Below are positions 25,957-38,800 of a stretch of DNA of 64,000 bases, one piece after another (position 1 is the stretch's first letter; the number at the start of each line of letters is the position of its first letter). A program made the translations under genes and the position numbers. This DNA comes from a virus, in IMG/VR virus record IMGVR_UViG_3300012943_000029, positions 2,176 to 66,175 of that record, one strand, 5' to 3'. The notes below the pieces were generated by a model. The model was given only the letters and a program-made list of their open reading frames with translations, was not told where the DNA came from and did no database searches.

Positions 25957-28900
25957 CGATTATCAACACCTACGCCGCCGAAAGTTGGGACAAGGTTTAC
26001 TCTGCTTTCCAGCAGATCAACTTCACGTCTTATGACTACGACACCGTCAAAGAGAGCTTGCTGCAGTACCTGCAGATCTACCATCCTGAGGACTTCAACG
26101 ACTTCATTGAAAGCTCGGAGCTTATCGCGCTCCTTGAGCTGTTCGCCTACACCGCCGAGCTCATGGCGTACCGCACCGACATGGCGGCCCATGAAAACTT
26201 CATCACGACGGCGCAGCGCAAGCAGTCAGTGCTGCGCCTCGCCAAGCTGATCTCGTACAACGCAGCGCGCAACATTCCTGCTCGCGGTCTTGTAAAGATC
26301 AACACGGTCCGCACCGCTGAAACCATCTTCGACAGCCTCGGCAACAACCTTGCTAACATCACAATCACGTGGAACGATCCGAACAACACCAACTGGAAGG
26401 AACAGTTCTTCCTGGTGATGAACCTCATTCTCACGTCGCGCTTCGGTCAGCCATCGAAGTCGTTCCAGATCGCCGATGTTCTGATGCAGCTGTACACCTT
26501 CAATAACTCACCTTCAGCTTTCCGCAATGGCGTGTTCTCGTTCAACGCCACCGGCACAACTGAGAGCCTGCCAATGGAGGTCGTGCCAATCGACATCGAC
26601 CAGAACGGTCCATTCGAGCGCGCGCCGGACATCAACGCTCAGTTTAACATCGTCTACGCATCTGACGGTCGCGGAGATGGCTCTGACTATACCGGCTTCC
26701 TGATGTTCGTCAAGCAGGGAACTCTCGTCCTTACGAACTACACGATCACCGAGCCAACGGCCAACCGCCGCCTTGTGCTCAACCAGATCAACGTCAACGA
26801 CACCGACGTTTGGGTCTACAGCGTTGACGACATTGGCACCATCACGTCAAAGTGGACAGCCGTAGACAGCATCGCTGACCAGACCCTCGCCTTCAACAAT
26901 CAGGAGGGCCGCACGAAGTACGAAATTGAAACCCTCGAGAACGACCAGATTGCCCTGCTCTTTGGTGACGGTAACTTCAGCGACGTTCCAGTTGGTAACT
27001 TCCAGCTGTGGACGCGCGCCTCTGCAAACCAGGACATCACAGTTCCAAAGAACCGCGTGTCAGGTCAGGCAATGCAGTTTACCTACCAGAACGCGCAGAA
27101 CGTTCAGCAGAACTTCAACCTTACCTTCTCGCTTACCTCGGCGCTGCAGAACAACTCAGCCTCTGAGACCATCGAGCACGTTCGTCAGTCCGCCCCTTCG
27201 ACCTACTATGCGCAGAACCGCATGGTCAACGGCCAGGACTACAACACGTTCATGCTCAAGGACAGCACGATCCTCAAGCTGAACACGATCAACCGCACGT
27301 TCGCTGGTCAGCCAAAGTACATTGAGTGGAACGACGCATCAGGCGCGTACCAGAACATCAAGCTCTTCGGTGACGACCTCACCATGCGCCTAGATACCAG
27401 CGTCAACCTCGTTCAGACGACGGTGGCCGCCAAGGGAATTATCGACGGCTTCATTGAACCGGTGCTTTCATCGAACGCCATCCTCAACGTGCTCACGCAC
27501 GTCATGGCTACGGCACCAGCATCTGATGGCATTATCAGCTACCCGCGCCGCAAGTTCATTGAGGATAACAGAAAGATCTACAAGGACGTCAACGGCGACA
27601 ACGTAATGCCGTATGGCTATCTCAGTGATGATCCGAATGATGCCCAAATAACACAAGCCCTTCCAGGATCTGACGACGGCTCGCTGCTTGAGAAGACCGT
27701 GATCCAGTCGGCGCTCGACAATCACTGGTACGGTGATCCGCTTTCAACCGTCTCGATCAACAGCACGCTGCATGGCGTCATCCCTGACCCGATCCTCAAC
27801 CCATCTGACGACAGCAAGCTGTACCTCGCCGACCTCCCACGTACAATCGACGGCGTCAACACGTATCCACCAGGCGATACTGGTTCTGGTCTTCAGACCG
27901 CTGGTCGTCAGCAGTATTTTGGTCTTCAGTTCAACCGCTTCCTAAGTGGATTTGGTGATAGCACCATAACCCTTTACGAGATTGGCTCGCCAACGGCTTA
28001 CCCTGGCCCTGGTCCGGCACCAACTAGTGATGGTATTGATGAGCTGAAGATTGAAACACTCACAATCGAAATGACGTCTGACGGAACGACTTTCACGGTT
28101 GTCAGCAATCTCCGTGGACAACTACCAAACTACAGCCTCACGCTTGCGCTTTCGCCATCAATGGCACGCTGGTCAGAGCAAAATCCTAACGTCTCGCTAC
28201 CAACCGATTTCGCCATCGACACGACATCAAGCACCACTCCATTCGAAGCGGGCGATGCGTTTGTTGTGGACATTGAATTCACTGGAACATGGAATGCAAC
28301 AGTAAGACAGTTCGGAACGCCATCTCCTATCATGTGTGTCAACCTTTCCGGTTGGTGGCAGCTTATCCCTGGCAGCGTGATAACTGGACAGCTTGGCATC
28401 TTCACCAGCGGTGAGAGCGATGGCCCGGACCTTGTTCAACAGCAACAGTTCGACCAGTCGACCAATGGTGGTGCATGGGTGTTCCTCATCTCGCGTGTTG
28501 ACGAGCTCCCATCTGGCGACACGAAGAGCTGGAACATCTACAACCGTGACATGCGTGTTCTTGTCTCAAGCCCGACGACAAAATTTTGGTACAACACTGA
28601 CGCGCAGCTTATCGACAGCGAAACGCTCAAGCCGCTGTACGACAAGATCCGCATCCTTCGCTCAAACCTTGACGAGAATGGCATGCCTCTTAAGAAGGCA
28701 GATATCTATGACTGCGTCGGCTTCGTATACGACGAGAATGGCGTAGTAGACCCAAACAGCCTAGAGGTTGTACCGACTGACACCATCAACTTCACTCAGG
28801 CCGGTGATGGCGCTCCAGATAACATCCTTCAGTTTGAGGCGTTCGCTAAACAGGCATATCGCTACTTCACAGTGAACGTGTCTACGCCTACAAATCCAGT

Positions 28901-29738
28901 AATCTCGAATGAGCCGGTTAATTGCGATGATGTTGACGATATCACGTATGGCACATATCCATCTAATGACACCGTTGAAGTTGTAGGATTTGGCACCTTC
29001 ACATTCAAGATTGGCGACTTCATGTCGATTAATGAAATTAGCAGCACCAAGCTGCTGCGTCAGCCATATGTTCCCGCTCCAACAGTGTTCGTAGATAGTG
29101 AATTCATCTGCAACATCATAAACGGTCTTGACTTCATGTGGCAGCACTTCACGCCTGATGCAAACCTCGTTGACCCATCAGTGTCTAACATCCATGATGC
29201 GTTCATTCTCACCAGCGGTTACTACAACAGCGTGATTGACTACGTACGCGGCCTGACGAACATCACCCCAACACCACCTACACCGCTCGACCTTCGTACG
29301 TCGTACGGCTACCTGCTCGACAACAAGATGCTGTCAGACACGGTCGTGTTGCACCCTGGCAAGGTCAAGCTGCTCTTTGGTTCGCTTGCCGACCAGAAGC
29401 TGCGCGCCAAGTTCAGGGTCGTGCTCGCACCTACTGCAACGTTCTCTGCCGAGCGCGTCAAGCAGGAGGTCATCAACGTCATCAATCAGTACTTTGAGAT
29501 CTCAAACTGGGACTTCGGTGACACCTTCTACGCGACTGAGCTCATCGCCCTGATCCACCAGGCTCTGCCAACGCAGATCGCCTCAGTGGTCATCGTGCCA
29601 ACGTACTCGGTCAACTCGTTTGGTTCTCTGTTCACGATTAACTCCGGTCTTGATGAAGTTCTTCAGTCAGCTGCCACGATCGGCGATGTTGAGATAGTGT
29701 CAGCCCTGACACCTACTGTTCTGCGCCAGAACGTCTAA
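25953..29738 (+). CDS. gp6: baseplate wedge protein gp6 / baseplate J-like
   Basis: YDYDTVKESL, NDFIESSE, ENFITTAQRKQSVLRLAKLISY, QNRMVNGQDY. Confidence 0.85.
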   Translation: MTIINTYAAESWDKVYSAFQQINFTSYDYDTVKESLLQYLQIYHPEDFNDFIESSELIALLELFAYTAELMAYRTDMAAHENFITTAQRKQSVLRLAKLISYNAARNIPARGLVKINTVRTAETIFDSLGNNLANITITWNDPNNTNWKEQFFLVMNLILTSRFGQPSKSFQIADVLMQLYTFNNSPSAFRNGVFSFNATGTTESLPMEVVPIDIDQNGPFERAPDINAQFNIVYASDGRGDGSDYTGFLMFVKQGTLVLTNYTITEPTANRRLVLNQINVNDTDVWVYSVDDIGTITSKWTAVDSIADQTLAFNNQEGRTKYEIETLENDQIALLFGDGNFSDVPVGNFQLWTRASANQDITVPKNRVSGQAMQFTYQNAQNVQQNFNLTFSLTSALQNNSASETIEHVRQSAPSTYYAQNRMVNGQDYNTFMLKDSTILKLNTINRTFAGQPKYIEWNDASGAYQNIKLFGDDLTMRLDTSVNLVQTTVAAKGIIDGFIEPVLSSNAILNVLTHVMATAPASDGIISYPRRKFIEDNRKIYKDVNGDNVMPYGYLSDDPNDAQITQALPGSDDGSLLEKTVIQSALDNHWYGDPLSTVSINSTLHGVIPDPILNPSDDSKLYLADLPRTIDGVNTYPPGDTGSGLQTAGRQQYFGLQFNRFLSGFGDSTITLYEIGSPTAYPGPGPAPTSDGIDELKIETLTIEMTSDGTTFTVVSNLRGQLPNYSLTLALSPSMARWSEQNPNVSLPTDFAIDTTSSTTPFEAGDAFVVDIEFTGTWNATVRQFGTPSPIMCVNLSGWWQLIPGSVITGQLGIFTSGESDGPDLVQQQQFDQSTNGGAWVFLISRVDELPSGDTKSWNIYNRDMRVLVSSPTTKFWYNTDAQLIDSETLKPLYDKIRILRSNLDENGMPLKKADIYDCVGFVYDENGVVDPNSLEVVPTDTINFTQAGDGAPDNILQFEAFAKQAYRYFTVNVSTPTNPVISNEPVNCDDVDDITYGTYPSNDTVEVVGFGTFTFKIGDFMSINEISSTKLLRQPYVPAPTVFVDSEFICNIINGLDFMWQHFTPDANLVDPSVSNIHDAFILTSGYYNSVIDYVRGLTNITPTPPTPLDLRTSYGYLLDNKMLSDTVVLHPGKVKLLFGSLADQKLRAKFRVVLAPTATFSAERVKQEVINVINQYFEISNWDFGDTFYATELIALIHQALPTQIASVVIVPTYSVNSFGSLFTINSGLDEVLQSAATIGDVEIVSALTPTVLRQNV

Positions 29739-29760
29739 CAGTGTGATTTCTAACGAACCT

Positions 29761-29784
29761 GCTGTGGGATAAATACCCCACAGC
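29761..29784 (+). promoter_or_regulatory. late promoter ATAAATA in the loop of a perfect 8-bp inverted repeat
   Basis: GCTGTGGG-ATAAATAC-CCCACAGC, 16 nt upstream of the 3010-aa gene. Confidence 0.7.
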
Positions 29785-29800
29785 AATCTGGCACGAGACA

Positions 29801-32800
29801 ATGGCTCAAAATATCGACTTCAATAAGCTGGTTCCAGGCACCCTCAAAAATGAGATGCTTGACAGCCTCGTCAAGAACCTGTTCAACCGCTTCGTTTCCC
29901 AAGAAGATAGCGTCCTTGTCTCCGGCAGAATTGGAACCCCGGTTGAAGGTGACAGTGACATCAAGCAGCCAAACCTTGAGCGCCAGGAGAACGAGCTTGT
30001 TCCAGGCCTGACCTTCTCGGCCGGCAAAGAGCGCTTTGTTTTCACGTTCGATGACCTCGTCAACAAGATGGAGGTCCTCGGTATCGATGTTGCCAGCCTG
30101 CGTGGCTGGATGGCAGAGCAGACCTTCAACTACTCGCCACCAATCGACTACGATCGCTTCATCAACTACGCGAACTACTACTGGACTGGCAAGGCGATCA
30201 ACGACGCTGCTCCAGTGTGGAGCCCAGACAACTCACCCGAGTATTACGTCATTGAGCGCCCACGCCCAAACGATCTCGTAAAGATGCCAGTGCGCCTTGC
30301 TACAACGCGCAACATCAATCGTCAGATCAACGATCGCCCAACCGAAACGCTCACCATCGAGTTCACATCGACAACGACGTTCGGCGTTACGAGTGACATT
30401 GATCCAAACGTTTTCGGCAGCGTGGGTTCAATCTCACCAACGCCAGGCGATCAGACGCTTGTCGTCGTGAAGACGAATGACACAGGCACGGCACCATCGC
30501 TAGACGCACCAGGCCTGCCGGACTATGACCTTGTGCAGCTGTACATCATCGGCGGCACCATGCCGTTCGCCGCTGGCGACCAGATCGTAATTGAGATCAC
30601 GTACTACACCAGCAACATCTACATCTCAGTCGTTTCACCGAACCTAATTGGTAAGGGAACCGCAAGCGGTGTGGCAACGCTCTCGCCATTCATGTACATT
30701 GATGGTGAGCAGGTGGAGATTGGTGATCGCATCCTCGTCAAGGACCAGACCGATGCGTCTGAGAACGGCATCTACACGGTAGTTCGTGGCTCGCAGTGGG
30801 TAAGAACATTTGACGCGGTGTCTGTGGACAACCTCCAGGACGGTGTAAAGGTGTATGTCAATGGCGGTGCCACCCTCGCTGGCAACACCTACACCCTCAC
30901 GAATACCGCAAACGCCGGTATTCCACCATACGATTTCCCAACTGACCTCAACTTCGCGCTCACGTCGACAACTGACCCGAGCCCAGTGAATGAGTGGCAG
31001 ATCTACAACTACTGGGTGCATAAGGACGACATCTACCAGTACGCTAATCTCGGCGTCACGCTTGGTAATGTTCAGCAGGCAAACCGTCCGATCATCGAAT
31101 ACAACAACCGCCTGCACCTCAACTCAGCGATTGACGGTGCTGGTGGCCCAGCTGAGCCAGGCGTAGGCCATATTGATGTTCAGCAGGTAAAGACGCGCTT
31201 CAACCAGATCCCACAGTTTGATCTCTATCGCTACGATGGCACTCACGCTGGTGCAACATCTGGCATCTGGTACTTCCTTGAGGATCCAAACTTTGAGACT
31301 GACGCCGTGCTCCAGCGCCGCGTTGCTATCACAGCGAACAGCGACTACATCTTTGGCTGCGCCGCAACTGATGATGCTGGGCGCCTTTACTACTACAAGG
31401 TTGATGGCGAACTTCAGTCGATCTGGGCACCAGGTCCTGACGTTACTGCCACTTCCACGCCGCTCTTCGTCGGTGTCAGCGTTGATAGCGCAGGTACCGT
31501 GGTATTCAACTCACTCGGCGCAACAGCCGACAACCAGCACTGGACAGTTCGCTTCAGCAGCGCCACATCAGCTGAGGTCATTGGCTCAAGGAGCGGCAGC
31601 GTTGGTACCCTGACCGTTGGCACCGCCTTTACGTGCGATGACTTCAATGTTACCATCAGCGCAGGCGTTGATCCATATGCTGACGGTGATGTGTTCACGT
31701 TCAACGTCTACAACAAGCTTGCCCCTCGCTACATCAAGGAAGATGTCGATGGCAGCATTATCAACTACCCAGGCGGCTACGCAGCCGACCAAGCGCTGAC
31801 AGAGCCGGTAGGCGCGTGGCTCACGCCATCACGCATGTTCCAGAACATGTTCCGTGAAACGCGTGAGGAGATCGCATTCGGTGACTTCCTTACGCATGCC
31901 CGATCTGTGCTCAAGTGGCAGGACGGTTTCACCGGTTCTTCGTTCGGCAACAACAATTCTCGCACCCTCGATTTTGATCCAGGTCTGGGCGGTCAGATCC
32001 GTGAGTTCGGCAGCAACTTCCCGCTGCTCGCCTCCATGCTCATTGAGCAGGATATCTCGCCGCTGACGATCCTCACGTTTGCTGAGCAGCAGTACAACGT
32101 TGCGCTGTCGAGCATTGATCAGTTCATCATTGATGAAGTTCCTGGTTACCTCTCAGCGATTGGTCAGATTGAAACCACCGTCATCAACGCCAGCGCCCCA
32201 GACATTCTTGCGCTCGAAGCGTACTTTGAAAAGCTGCGCGGTGAGGACGTCAATCTTTCTGGTATCTACAGCGACAGCACATCGCTCGTGGAGAACTGGC
32301 CAGCCACGCTGCCAATGATCGGTCTTCTTCCTAAGGTTCAGCCTGACATCGTTCTCGACAACGAGATGAACGCCTACGTCATCAGGCACCATGATGGCCA
32401 CGTATCTACGCTCGCCGCATTTGACCAAGTGATGAACACCAAGCTTGCGAAGACCGTCGTGAAGCGCTCAGATGGCAACACGACGCCTGGCTTTTTCTTG
32501 TCGACCACGCCAGCCTACCCAACAAACACGCCATACGCAAGTCAGCTGTGGTTCAAGACCACCGATGGAACGCTGATGGTGTTCAACGTCAGGTACGATG
32601 CTGAGCCGCTTAGCCCACTTGATGGTGAGACATGGTACAAGCGCGACGTAAACCAGGTTTGGATCTGGGACGCCACCTTCAACACGTGGTCCCCATCTGT
32701 AAATCCACCGTCATCTTACTGGATCCCATTCACGCCTGAGAACGTGCGCAACAGCCTTGTGCTTGCAGTCGAGCAGAAGCTCTACAACAGCGTGCACCCT

Positions 32801-35800
32801 GCGCAGCAGATCAACCTCGACATGGCGACAGATGTCAATGCGTCGCCGCAGGCTGGTACCTATGCCGAGATTGAGCTTGCAACGTTTGCCGCCAAGTACA
32901 ACTACGACATCTACGGTCCCGACTACGATGCCGCCAACGCGTTCACATGGAACTACTCACAGGCGGTTCCTACGCTCAGCGATTTCCCAGGCTTTGTAAC
33001 GGTTCCTGCTCGCTGGAACAAGATCCTTGAAGAATACTTCGGCGCTCAGGTAAACACCATCTCAACAGACCGCCCAGATCTCTTCCCATGGAGGCTTGGT
33101 ACCGCGGCATGTCCAGCCGTTGACAGTGATGTGGCGCCAACAAGCCCTATCGACTGGAACGCTACCTACAAGAACACCATCGCTGCTACATCAAACGCCG
33201 TTGCGGCAAAGGTAGTGAGCATCGCCGACGTCCCGACACCGCTCATGGGTCTCATCACCATCGACGGCTACGTGCTGCAAGCCGGTGATCGTGTGCTGCT
33301 GCTCGGTCAGCTGCTTCCAGAACAGAACGGCCTGTACGTCGCTGCGGCTGGCGGTTGGTCAAGAACTGCTGACCCAATTGTCACTGGTCTTACCGTCAAC
33401 GTTTCAGCCGGTGCCTCACAGGCGGGTACCACTTGGGTGCTCACAACGATCGGTGCCATCACTGTCAACATCACACCGCTCACCTTTGATCAGTCGAGAA
33501 TTTGGTCAAACCAGATGTGGGCTGACATCAAGGTCTACAACCCTGGCGTTCGCCTAAGCGTGAACACCGTCACCGATGCACTGCTGGCACCGTACGTGGC
33601 AAGCGCCATTCAGCCTGGCTACACGCTCCCACCAGCTCAGGCCGTTGAAGCGCTGACATCTACGATACCAGCAGGCACCAACCTTGGTTACCAGTTTGGC
33701 GATGATGGCCCAGTAGAGCTCGTGTGGACGAAGTCGCTTGAGTACAACTACGGCATCGCTCGTACCTACTTCAAGCTGTTCCCACTCAAGTTCCTTGACG
33801 CAAGCTGGGGTGAGACCTACGTTTCGACTGGTGACAATCTCCGAATTGAGCGCAACCTCGCGACATCTCTTTCATCGAAGAAGTTCCTGCTGCACGGTGA
33901 GCGCCTCAACATCATCAACTCATATCGCCCACAGCTCAAGGCGCAGTTCGACCAGTACGTTCTAGACGGTGACATCGTCTGGGGCGCCGACTTCGGCGGC
34001 GTTGTTGAGTTCAAGGTTACTCACGTCGCATCGACTGGTCAAGTCGGACCGCTTCCTACATTCGCTAATCTTGGTCCATCAGCAACCGTCTTCAACATCA
34101 TCATTGACGGTGTTCCGACGAACACCTACGTCTATGAGGGTGTTCCATTCACCTTCACATATGGAACTGCGCCTGATGATGTTGCGTTCACGAGCATCAC
34201 CATCGATGACTTTGGTATCCCATTCGAGCTGAATGACGTCATCACCATCGGCTTCTCACCTGACACCATCACGACTGAGATCCCAACTATCGGCACCGAC
34301 TTCGTCTACGGCTTGCTCGGTTGCGAGGGCTGCGTTGCCGACGCAACACCGGATCCTTCGACCATCATCACGATCATTCCTGGTGCTGCTGCCTTTGGCT
34401 TTACCGCTGGTCAGGTGAAGGTGTTTAAGGGAACTGGTCAGTGGTTCACAAACCTGATGCGCTACAGCACCGTTGATACAAACGCGTCGACATCGGCGCT
34501 CGCCTACCGTGGCTGGGACATCCGCCTTGTGCACCGTCTCGGCGCCCTTATCCGCCCAGAAACGCTGAACATCATCGCGGCTGCTGGAAAGATGCCGACA
34601 ACCGGCTACAGCATGCTGCTCAAGCGCTCTGAGAAGACGAAGAGCCTGTGGATCTCTGGTCTCCGCGTTCAGGTGGTGCAGATGGGCGCCAAGATCCTGA
34701 ACCCAGGCGGTCTGTACGTTCCAAAGAACGACGCATCAGATTGGATCTTCCGCCTTGAGGTCTACAACCCATATCACCCGCTCATCGAGTACAACATCTT
34801 TGGTGGCGACCCTACGCTCAATCAGCCAGCGGTCGGCACGTTCACGACCTTCAACGTTCTCGACCAGCGTACGACTTCCCTCGTTTGGAAACGCTACAAC
34901 CAGCCGACCGCAACTGAGACATCCACGATGCCAGTTCAGATCATCGGCCTTCAGAACCTTCTCAACTTGATCTACGGCTATGTTGGTCAGCTCGAGGAGC
35001 AGGGGTTCCTAACGAACACTGGTAAGGCGCTCATCGACAAGGCAACGGGCCGCGCCGTTGATTGGCAGCTTGAGGTTGAGAAGCTCATCAACACCATCTA
35101 CACGGGTGTGAACGCTGGCTCAGGTATCATCGTGAACCCGTTCATGGAGAAGCTGTTCCTCGATACCCCTATCGGCCTCATGAGCCGCTACACTGAGACA
35201 AAGTTCATCGACCATAGCTCGGCGCAGGCATGCTACGACGTCATCGGGTCTGTGATCCCAGTCAACAAGCTTAGCGTGATCCGTACCGACCCTAACACGA
35301 TCACCTACTCGAAGACCCCAATTTTCTCAGCTCACGTCTTCATTGACGAGTACGAACATGCGATCCTGTTCAACGATCACTTCTCTGGTGATCCAACATC
35401 AGCCGCGATCTTTGATCAGTTCCTTGGCTCGTACATGAACACGGCTGCCCTGTCGTTCAACCGCCAGAACCGCGTTGACGGCAAGCCAACGTTCGACGGC
35501 TTCTTCCTCAATGATGACAACATCATCAGGAACCCAACATCAAACGTTGACGCTCTTGCCCGCGCGTACGACGCCGGTCAGACCTTCAACGAGCCGAAGA
35601 TGGCTGAGCACGCGCTCGCCCTGATCGGCTACAAGAGCAAGGACTACTTCAACAACATCAACATCAGCGACCAAACGCAGCTTGACTTCTGGCGTGGCAT
35701 GATCGGTGCGAAGGGAACGAACCTCACCATCGATGCCTTCACGAACTACAAGGAGTTCCTCAACTCATCTGTTGATGAGTTCTGGGCGTACAAGCTTGCC

Positions 35801-38800
35801 ACCTATGGTGATGATCGTGAGCGCTCATTCCCCGAGGTGAAGATTGAGCCGAACGACTGCACACGCCAGTTCACGGGCATTCAGTTTAACTCAACAGAAT
35901 ATCCTCAGTCTGCGCTGCCGCTCTATATGCAGGTAGCCGAGTATGACGACACTCGTTGGTTCAGCATTGACGACCTCGGCACCATGCTGCGCTTTGATGC
36001 CGATGCGCTCACTGAGACGGTAGTTGTTTCAGCCGACGATTTTGCTGCCAGCCCATACGTCATTCTTCAGAACATCTTCCACACCGGCGATGCAGCTCCA
36101 ATCACAAGCGGTGGTTCATCTCTTGTTGCGGCGAACATCCTTGAAGTCCCATCAGCTGGCACATACACCGTGACTGGCTTCACATGGATCAACCCAACGA
36201 AGCTGTCACCGATCAAGCTGTTCGACTACTCAACTGATACGCTCGTAACGCAGGTAAGCCTGTGGCATCCAGCCATCGGCATCCATGAGCCAACCGCTCT
36301 TGAGCTGGTGAACATCCGCTCGAGCGGTGATCCAGCCCACTACAGCTACACTACACTGACGACTGACAACCCTAACTACCTGGCCCTCAAGCCATGGAAT
36401 GAGCAAGAGGTTGGTCGCGTCTGGTGGGATACAAGCACGCTTGCCTACACGCCGTACTATGACGCTCTCACCTTCCCTAACCGTGAAACGCGCCACAACC
36501 GCTGGGGTTCCCTCGCCGAATACGCAAGCGTTGATCTCTACCAGTGGACAGCATCTGACTACCACCCATCTGAGTACAATGAGGCAGCAGCTGAGCAGGA
36601 GGGTGACAGCAGCATTGACCAATCAGTGCGCCTCTCTGGTGAAGTTGGCTTCACGAACTACTATCGTGCTGAGCGCAGCATCACGATCAAGCCAATCGCG
36701 TGGTCGCAGACAAGCTCATCGAACGGTCTCGCGCACCCAGCGTTTGGTCCTGCCACGTTCGTCAAGGTGTTCAACTCAAACAATCGCCTCGTGGTTGATA
36801 CTGGCCGTCTTGCAAGCATCAACATTGTCACTGGATACAACTTCGGTGGTTGGTCAGATGATGGCATCACGCAAAAGCCAGTCGGCGAGGTAGTAATTGG
36901 AACTGACGTCATCTACGATGTCGGCTCATCGGTATCTCCAGCCGCGCCAGTTGTGCTGTCAAACGATGTCACCATTGATGACATTGAAGTTACCGGCATT
37001 GACGACAGCATTGCGTTCGGTACACGCATCGGTCAGATTTCCATTGCCGGTGTTGAAACATCTCCGTTCGTTCCAGCCATTCCGTATGATGACAATGGAA
37101 CACCTGGTGATCCATCAGATGACACCTTGGCAGTCGATGCAGTTCCAGCAACATACGTTGCTCGCCTCACAGATCAGAACGGCTTCTTCCAAGATCTGCC
37201 GCTCTCTGACTGGAGCTCAGCTGATCTGTCTACGAACTCGAAGATCGTTCTTGCCTTCGACAAGTTCGGCCTGCAGCTCACGCTGACGCGCGCGGGTGTC
37301 GGTATCGTCACCGCGCAGGAGCTTGCCAACTCTCTCAACGGCACAGCCAATGACGTGTTCGTGCGCGAGGCCGTCGACTACACCTCTATCGTTGCGCTAC
37401 CTGATGTGATGTTCAGCAACAACGCATCTGACAGCCCCAACTACGGTTGGAAGGTATGGCAGATACCAACTCAGGCGCAGCTTCGCGCTGACCTCGCATA
37501 CCCAAACAACAAATGGCAGCCATACATCGGCGACAGCAGCACGGTGTTGATCACGGCTGACGTTGCTGCTGCCATGAACAGCTCAGCAAACACGTGGAAC
37601 CTTGTCAACGGCATCACGATCAATCGCTACACCTCAGCATGGAGCGAGTGGGTCAAGCTTCAGAACACGTCAAAGACCATCGTCTCAGACAGCCTAACAG
37701 CACCGACATTCACCTTCGAGAACGAAACTGAGCTCGACGCAAACCGCCTGTCGATCTACGCAAATGGCATTCAGATTGCTCCAGCCCAGATTGTGATCTC
37801 CGACAACACTGCCACGGCCGTAAATACGCAGCCAGAAGGCACGCTGATGTACGCGCTGTACCGCCCTTACCAGCCAACTGCAAGCGATCTCGCCTTTGAC
37901 CCAACGGTAGAGGATGACTTCCAGGTGCAGACGTGGTACAAGGTGGACTACCAGTACACCGAGCGCGTCATTCGCAACTCAGCCGGAAATATCTCTGGCA
38001 AGAAGTACTACTTCTGGGTTAAGAACAAGACGGTTCCGGAGACCAACAAGTCAATGTCGCTCGAGCAGGCCGCCGACCTTCTAAGGTATGGCTCATCCAC
38101 CTACATGATCTTCTCACGGCTCGTGACTGACACGAATGCTGAGAGCGGAACTGCGTATGATAGCTGCGCTATCTCCGGTCTCACTCGCCTTATCACCAAG
38201 ACTGGCTCTTATAAGCTGCGCTTCCTTCGCGACTTCACGCTGCGTGATGATCCAGAGGAGCTCAAGCTCAAGAACGTTCACACTGAGTGGAAGCTCATTC
38301 GCCAGCACATGTCAGACAAGATCCCGGCCCAGCTGTGGGCGCTGCTCACCAACTCGGTCTGCGCACAGGATGTGGCTGGCAACCCTCTGCCATCAACCAC
38401 CCGCATCAACTACGATGAGAAGTACGGCACCAACACCCGCTTTGGCTTTGAGAGCGATCAGATCTTTGTTGACAGCACCCTCGCAATCAACTCGATCGTG
38501 AACACCATCCTTAACACGTCACTCACGATTACCATTGGCAACATCAGCATCGTCGACTACATTACGGCGCTCAACATCAGCTCAAGCACCACTGAAGACC
38601 AGCTGAAGGCAATGTGGTTCTCAACGCCAGCTCAGTCTCGCGCCACGATGAACCTCATCTACTCGACCTCGCGCGCGTCACAGATCAATGAGATCTTCTT
38701 CAGCGTGCTGAGCGACGCCCTCGCCAACAACTACGAGTTCACCGATCTCTTCAAGACCTCACTGATCACCGTCAACTCGACGACGATCGTTAAGGCGCAG

